DNA of 64,000 nt from assembly GCF_000002075.1 (NCBI RefSeq), contig NW_004797281.1:526327-590326 (forward strand), read 5' to 3'. The stretch is from Aplysia californica. Lineage: Eukaryota. The notes under the pieces were generated by a model, which saw only the letters and a list, made by a program, of their open reading frames with translations, was not told the origin of the DNA and searched no databases. Made by a program: the position numbers and the translations under genes. This document shows, piece after piece, positions 39,181-64,000 of this stretch. The first letter of the stretch is position 1. Each line of letters begins with the position of its first letter.

Positions 39181-42100
39181 TGTTTGAGTAAAGAGAAGAA
39201 CATTGATACTATAAATGGTCATTTAGTGCAGGGAAATGGCAATACAGATAAACGAATGGGGGAAAGAAAAGTTGGTTCTTCTGAACATCTCCTACTAATC
39301 AAATCATTCTTCTTATTCTGTCAGTAGTTTTCTTTATTTGTACATATCATAAATCTGTATATATAATACATATAATACCCTCAGAACAAGTTGGCACTTC
39401 AGCCTGCATATAAATATATGCTTGAAAGAGATTTTTAAATAAGAAACAAATTTTAAAAAAGAATTGTTTTACTTTCATCTATAACTATAAGTACTATGGT
39501 TTCATGCTCATCACAACATTTTACAGTCCACTTCCATGTGAAAAAAGACAGGTACGAAAACAAAAACTGCTTGCAGCAAATAAATTTGAGTTCTCCTGAA
39601 TAGGATTTCACCGGATTTGACTAATTTTTCCCCAAAGCGATAATTCAAATGTTGGATGTGATATCGTGTCCAGAGGGAAACAGAGATAAAAATGTCATGA
39701 AATCAAGGTAAAAGTGAACCATACCATAGGAGGAATGTATCATGTCTGAGTTGAGTTTATACTTCTTTCAAAGTCATCTTTTCATTCCTTTTCATAACTA
39801 ATAAGTCTTGCAAGCTGCTAAGCAAGTTGTATGTGAAGACTGCATATAAATAGATGATGGAGACATTTAATCCTTCTAAATCTAAAGTTGTGGATCCAGT
39901 TGAGTGCCATTTTAGAAGTTGATCGGCAGATGTACTGTACTGTGCTTGCTTTGTTTTCATTTTTAGTTTTAGCATTAGTAAAGAGAAGCACCTCAATGCA
40001 ACAACAATCATTCAATTATGGGTAGGGGCAAAGCAAGACAGGCTTACAGAAACAACAGAGGGAAAGAAATAAAGCAGGACCTATCAATGGCACCCATCAG
40101 CTATGAGGCACACATGACATCACTGACTGTTATGCATTCTGATTGCAGCTTATACGTAGCTCAATAATAGTTTATTGTAGAAAACTATTTGCTTTATGTC
40201 TTGTATCCTCATTGACACCGTTTACATTGTTTAGGAGGCATGCTGCTTCATAATTGCCTGTCAGTGCCAACCCATGCTGACTGGAAATGGAATGCAGTAG
40301 GCCTACCCCATTAAACGAACAAACAGAGATACTTCAAAATACTTGATAACATTACTTTCCTCATTTAGAGCCAAACTCACTTCTACAAGCAAAGGTGAAG
40401 AGCTTATTCATTACACCACAGATTCCAGTCATCAATTATGCTCAAACTGAATGTACAGTGAGAAAGTCATTAAAACTCATATAAGGAAATGTTACGCTTT
40501 GTACACAATCAAGAGTATCGTGTTAGAGAAACATAACAACTTTCAACAATATGCTAATTTTTGTTTACACAAAATACACATACAAATGCACAGATACTTC
40601 CATGCAAAACTGTCTTTTATTCTCAACAGAAAACTCTTCCACTATCTCCAAGCATTCAGTTCCTTTTTCAATAAATGTTTAGACAAAATTCTAAGAGGAG
40701 ACAGGCAAATAAAACCATACCCCCCCCTCCCCCAACCCCCCTCTCCTGAGACAAACAGAGAAAAAAATCCCCTAAAATACCCCCTGACACGGCCCTTTGC
40801 TCCTTGAGACAAAATGTAATAGTTTTATTAATTTACCCCGTAGTATAATACTTTACTTCGAGACACCGCAAGGATAGAAAACTATTGTAAGTTCAATTTT
40901 CCATTTCATTTTTTTCTCTTGTTCAGAGCAGACTTACAAAAAAGTGGCTATTTTGAGCAAGGTTGAAAAGATGAATAGACAAAAACAACTAAAGGAAAGA
41001 AAAGAAACGTGACCTAAAAGTGGCATCCTCCAACTTCCCGCCTAACACCATTAGGATAAAATGAAATAGCATGAAAATCCATCACAAAACAGACATGGGC
41101 CAACAAGCTGAAAATATTGTCTTTTTTTTTTTATACAATAAAAAGTACAATTTTACACAATGTTAATATTTTAAAACCAAGTTATATTACAAACATTTAT
41201 AAATATCTTTTATATAATTTTCAACATATAAAAAAATATTGTATCAGAAATCAACACTGCTCGTTACACAGAGCTGAGAGAGTTGAGACAAAACAAGACC
41301 ATGGCAAGGATGATGAATGGATACGATACACAAAGAACAGTGATGATACCCCCTCCTCTTTTTTTCCTTCCTAGCTGTTCTCTAAAAATAAACAATTGGA
41401 GATCAACTGGTCCTAGGATATACCAACAAGAGATGGTAGAATTGTGCAGAGGTCAGCCAGTAACTGGTAATTGTATGGGGTTAAATGAGTTAAATGCCCC
41501 CTTCACCACTGAATGTCTATTCAAGAAGAGGGGCCTAAAATTTCAAGGACCCCTGAGCGAGTATTGAGTTCTTGTGTGCTGTCGCGGCATCGCTGAGCAC
41601 TTATGACACCACAGTGCCAGAAAGGAGAGAGAGGGCGGCCAAAAAAAAACATCTTTCTGTAATAGGACTGAAGTAGGTAGAGAGCCTCTAACTCTAACAC
41701 TCCAAAAAATGGCCTAAGTTCAAGAACGAACCCATGGGCCATTCAAACTGTTATCTGAACCACTGACCCTCTTGATACTGAATGGGACAGTGGTCTCCCT
41801 GACAGAGCGAAAAAATGTAGAGACGAGCAAACTTTCCTTTGAAGCACTTGAAAGTAAGGAACATTTTTTTAAGTAGGCTTAATTGTTGAAAGAATGAAGC
41901 AGTTTTTTTTTCACTCTTCTTCAAAATTTTGCTTTCTGGGCTTAGTACATTTTAACAGCTTGGCAGCAATTTGCAGAGTTCATAAGATAAAGAGGTTGTT
42001 AAACTGATTTTTTTTTTTAAATGACTCGCCGACTCCAAAACAAACGTAGGCGATCGGCTCGACCCACCCAAATGGGCACCTCATATAAAGGTTTCATGTC

Positions 42101-42559
42101 CCCATTAACACAATTTATATCTCTTCTAGTAAGTGAACAGCTTTGGCTCCGCTAGAGAGGACCATCCAGGCCAAGCAGAAAGTAGCATCGAAGTGAAGCA
42201 AATATGAGATTGATGTTGCCAGCAAATAACTACCTCGAAGGCGAATAAAACTCAAGTCTTCTGCATGCAACGGTCTATCATGTTTTACTAAAATTAAAGT
42301 ATAAAAATATGAGATAATAAAGCTAGAGCATTGTAGCTGAACTGAGCTGGGCAAAAGGTCTAACTAGGACGGTGTTACAAAAACTCACAACTCTACAAAT
42401 TTGATCTACCAGTAAGATTATGAAGAGTCCTCCAACATTGCAGATCTAAATAAATTAATTGTTCTGGCGTTTTTCTGACTTAGAGCAAAACAAAAGTACG
42501 CCAAGTCTTAATTCAACAAACTGATTAAATCCACTATTTTGTTCCATAAAACAAATGTA

Positions 42560-42900
42560 AGACCTTGTGGTGAAATCAGGCGCTCGTCAAAATAAAGAAT
42601 TCAAACCATCTGGCATTTTTCGTTCCATGGCGGAATTTTTTAAAAACGTTTCTTTTTTTTTTTGGCTTAACACCTTTAACGTCTATTTAAAAACACATTT
42701 CTGTGCGGCTTTTATTGTAAAACGTTGATCAATGGCACACAAAATGCAAATTTGCCATTCCTAAGGACTCTCATTCTCAAATTTTAGAAGCCACCAAACT
42801 TTGGTGGCCATTTTATCGCTAATTTTACTCCAGACATCATGTGACCCCACCTCTTTCAATCACAAATAATATCTCAACTGCTATTCAAGGAAGACAGGCA
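42560..42900. repeat. Unclassified dispersed repeat (copies ~56640-56990 same strand, ~11850-12180 reverse)
   Basis: Shared AAAACACATT..GGCACACAAAA..AAGGAC(T/A)CTCA..CACCAAACTTTGG..TCTCAACT.CTATTCAAG. Confidence 0.6.
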
Positions 42901-43015
42901 CTCTTTTCATCAAAAGAAAGATATACATACAAACAAGCTTTATGATGATACCAATAACACCATATGCCCAAAATTTGACAAGCGCCTGGTTCCACCACAT
43001 CGTGAAACAAATTAT

Positions 43016-43411
43016 CGTCGGTCGCCTGATAAAACCGTGAATTCCACAAATTTTCGAAAATCGTTTTTTTGCATATTTTGATAGTGCTCGGTGAGATACA
43101 TGTCCCTGTAAAACTATTTTTCTATTATCTCGACTCAAACGTGTAATCTGAAGTAGTAAGAAAATCGTGAAAAAACACCGAGCCCCACACAGGCAAGATT
43201 TGAAAATGAAAATCGTGAATACAAACTTTTTCGATAAAATGACCACCTACGGTAAAAAATGTACTACAGTATTATTTCTAAAAGGTAATTGACTAGATTT
43301 ATCAATTATTTAGCTGATGTCTTGAACGCCAAATGACAGAGAAAATCAGTTTTTTCTCTCTCCTGTAAAATTTGCTTCCAGTGGAATTCACGATTTCATC
43401 AGGCAAACGAC
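43016..43411. mobile_element. Probable MITE with ~30-bp inverted repeats
   Basis: CGTCGGTCGCCTGATAAAACCGTGAATTCCAC ... GTGGAATTCACGATTTCATCAGGCAAACGACG. Confidence 0.55.
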
Positions 43412-45358
43412 GTTATGTTTCTTAAAGCTGGATATCACTAACTAAGGTGGTTTGTAACGAAAAATTAAAGCTACAATAGAGTAGAAGAAGAAGTCACAAC
43501 ATGCACTGGTACTGTACATGTAATAGTAGCAAGCTAGAAAGTTACAACGTTTTGGTCATAGTCAGCTCATATGCAAATATACATAGACCTAATTATCTTA
43601 AACTTAGTCCATAAGCAGTGTACAAGATACTACCAAAAACCCCCCCAAAAAACAACAAAAAAAGTTTTTAAAAAACCCAAACAAAACAGTAGCTGCAACC
43701 ACTAGAGTATCCACATAATTGCTGAGAGAAAATAATGGAAATAGGGCACATGACAAAAGCAATACCCTTATAATTTTGTGTTTTGTTCGTCATTTTTTCA
43801 GTGTAGCTGTTTTTCGCATTCTCATTGACACAATTTAGATCAAGAAGGAAGTGAATATATTTTGACTTTGCCAGTCAGGGCCAACCCAGGCTCAGAGGCC
43901 TACAATGTCTTAACAGAAGGAGCGAGATACTCGATAAAAATTCACTCATGAATTTCAAGTTCATGAATTTGATTGTCTTATCATTGTGGCCTTCAGTCAA
44001 CATTTTCAATTCAGCCTTAAAATGACCCCTATAATATAGAACTTACTTTACATTTCTGCTATTGGCCTTTTGCATACATGCTCTTTCTAGTTCTAGTCAT
44101 GTAGCCATCACAATCTTGTGTCAGTCTTTCCTTCTGTTTCCAAGAATGTTCAGTCAAATGACTCAATGACATCAAATGAACTTGTTCTATATTTTCAAAT
44201 ATATGTACATTTACTTATTGTTCTTAAGCAGGGCACTGTTAACGATACAACATGTCAAAGTCATCAAAATAAAAGCCTACTGTTCGATGCCAGGAAAACA
44301 AATTTAAAATAACAGATGCATAAAATCATAAATGCTTTGGGAAAGTTGTGGCTTTTCACTTCACCCCAAAAAGTGCGGGTGAGATTTAGAGGCAAGAGGC
44401 AATATCTACATAAAGTTGATAAAGCGACATTCATAGAAGTAGATTGTACTCTCAAGGATATATAAACATCATGTTCGTAAAGCAAGCCATTAATGGCCAA
44501 ATATCAGTTATGAAACATGTTTTACAGAACCGGTTTAGTTGAACCCTGAAATTTGCTAAAAAATTGGAACCCTAAGTAATGTGCAAATGAGAGATTTGAG
44601 CAAAGATCTCTACAAAACGACCAGTGCACTTTAAATGCCCGCTGCAGTGAGCGCTACTTTCCTTCTTTTGCACATTGAAAACAGGCCTTGTTCCATCTTT
44701 TGCACTCTAAAGGCACACCTCAGTATACAATACTTTTATCCCCCTTCATCCAAATGCGCATCTAGCGAGCTTTAGAGCAAATGTTGAATCAAAGGGCTCA
44801 GAGTTAACTACCTTTTTCCTCAGTGCTTCTAAAAGGACTCTGGACAAGAATAAATATGTTCAAAAGCTGCTCTGAAGAAAGGTGGTTATTCTCCACAACT
44901 GCATGGAGGATGGATCAAAACCTTTGTTTATCACAATCTCCAAAGTGGTGTATAATCCTCAGTCTAAAACTTGCGCTAGCTCCGATCAGTTTCTCCTCCT
45001 CCCAAGGCTCTCTATTGCATGCCTCATACTTCATGTTGGCTCTAATCAGATCCAAGACTACCACCCGCAATCCTTCCCCTTTTTAAAAAAGCCTTTCCTT
45101 CCCCTCTGCCACACTCATACTGGAACCAATCAATACCTATACCCCACCATCATCATTATCACAGACCAAATAATTCCCCTTTCTCGTGTTTTGTTTTTCT
45201 TGAAGCCTATCAATCTCCACCACGTTGGCACAATTTTACATAACGTACAAATATTGGCACCAAAATCAGGACACAGAACAAAAAAAAATACCTAAGCAGT
45301 CCGTTCATTCCCGAAATTCCTCCCCCTCCCCCACCGCCACATCATCAGCCCCAACCAA

Positions 45359-64000
<18,642 letters not shown>

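Noticed and set aside
38000-45300. A further gene between CDK5RAP1 and ABCC
   Set aside because: No recognisable protein motifs or coherent exon chain; composition fits UTR or intergenic DNA with repeats.

Overview
Animal (eukaryotic, intron-rich) genomic DNA with N-gaps; the repeat content suggests an invertebrate, possibly a gastropod mollusc (inference only). Four spliced protein-coding genes are readable: (1) a partial type-B carboxylesterase on + (138-6938, C-terminus KDEF; middle exons are missing at a gap and one exon is duplicated); (2) a complete calcipressin/RCAN on - (16863-20452, 4 coding exons); (3) a complete 13-exon CDK5RAP1/MiaB-type radical-SAM tRNA methylthiotransferase on + (25453-37801), head-to-head with RCAN; (4) the 3' part of an ABCC/MRP1-like transporter on - (45359 to beyond 64000; 16 exon segments). 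Nearly all ORFs in the supplied track are spurious. Non-coding DNA is full of short non-autonomous elements. The most unusual signals: a family of palindrome-bounded elements with shared asymmetric ends sitting in (TAA)n tracts around the RCAN/CDK5RAP1 promoter; a ~170-bp non-tRNA retroposon (about 20 copies, plus a diverged sister family) with a covarying 3' stem-loop, a fixed G-rich head and strong sense-strand bias in introns; and two independent cases where an exon end plus its 5' splice site has been amplified into an intronic array of decoy donors. No prokaryotic-type system (CRISPR, operon) is present.
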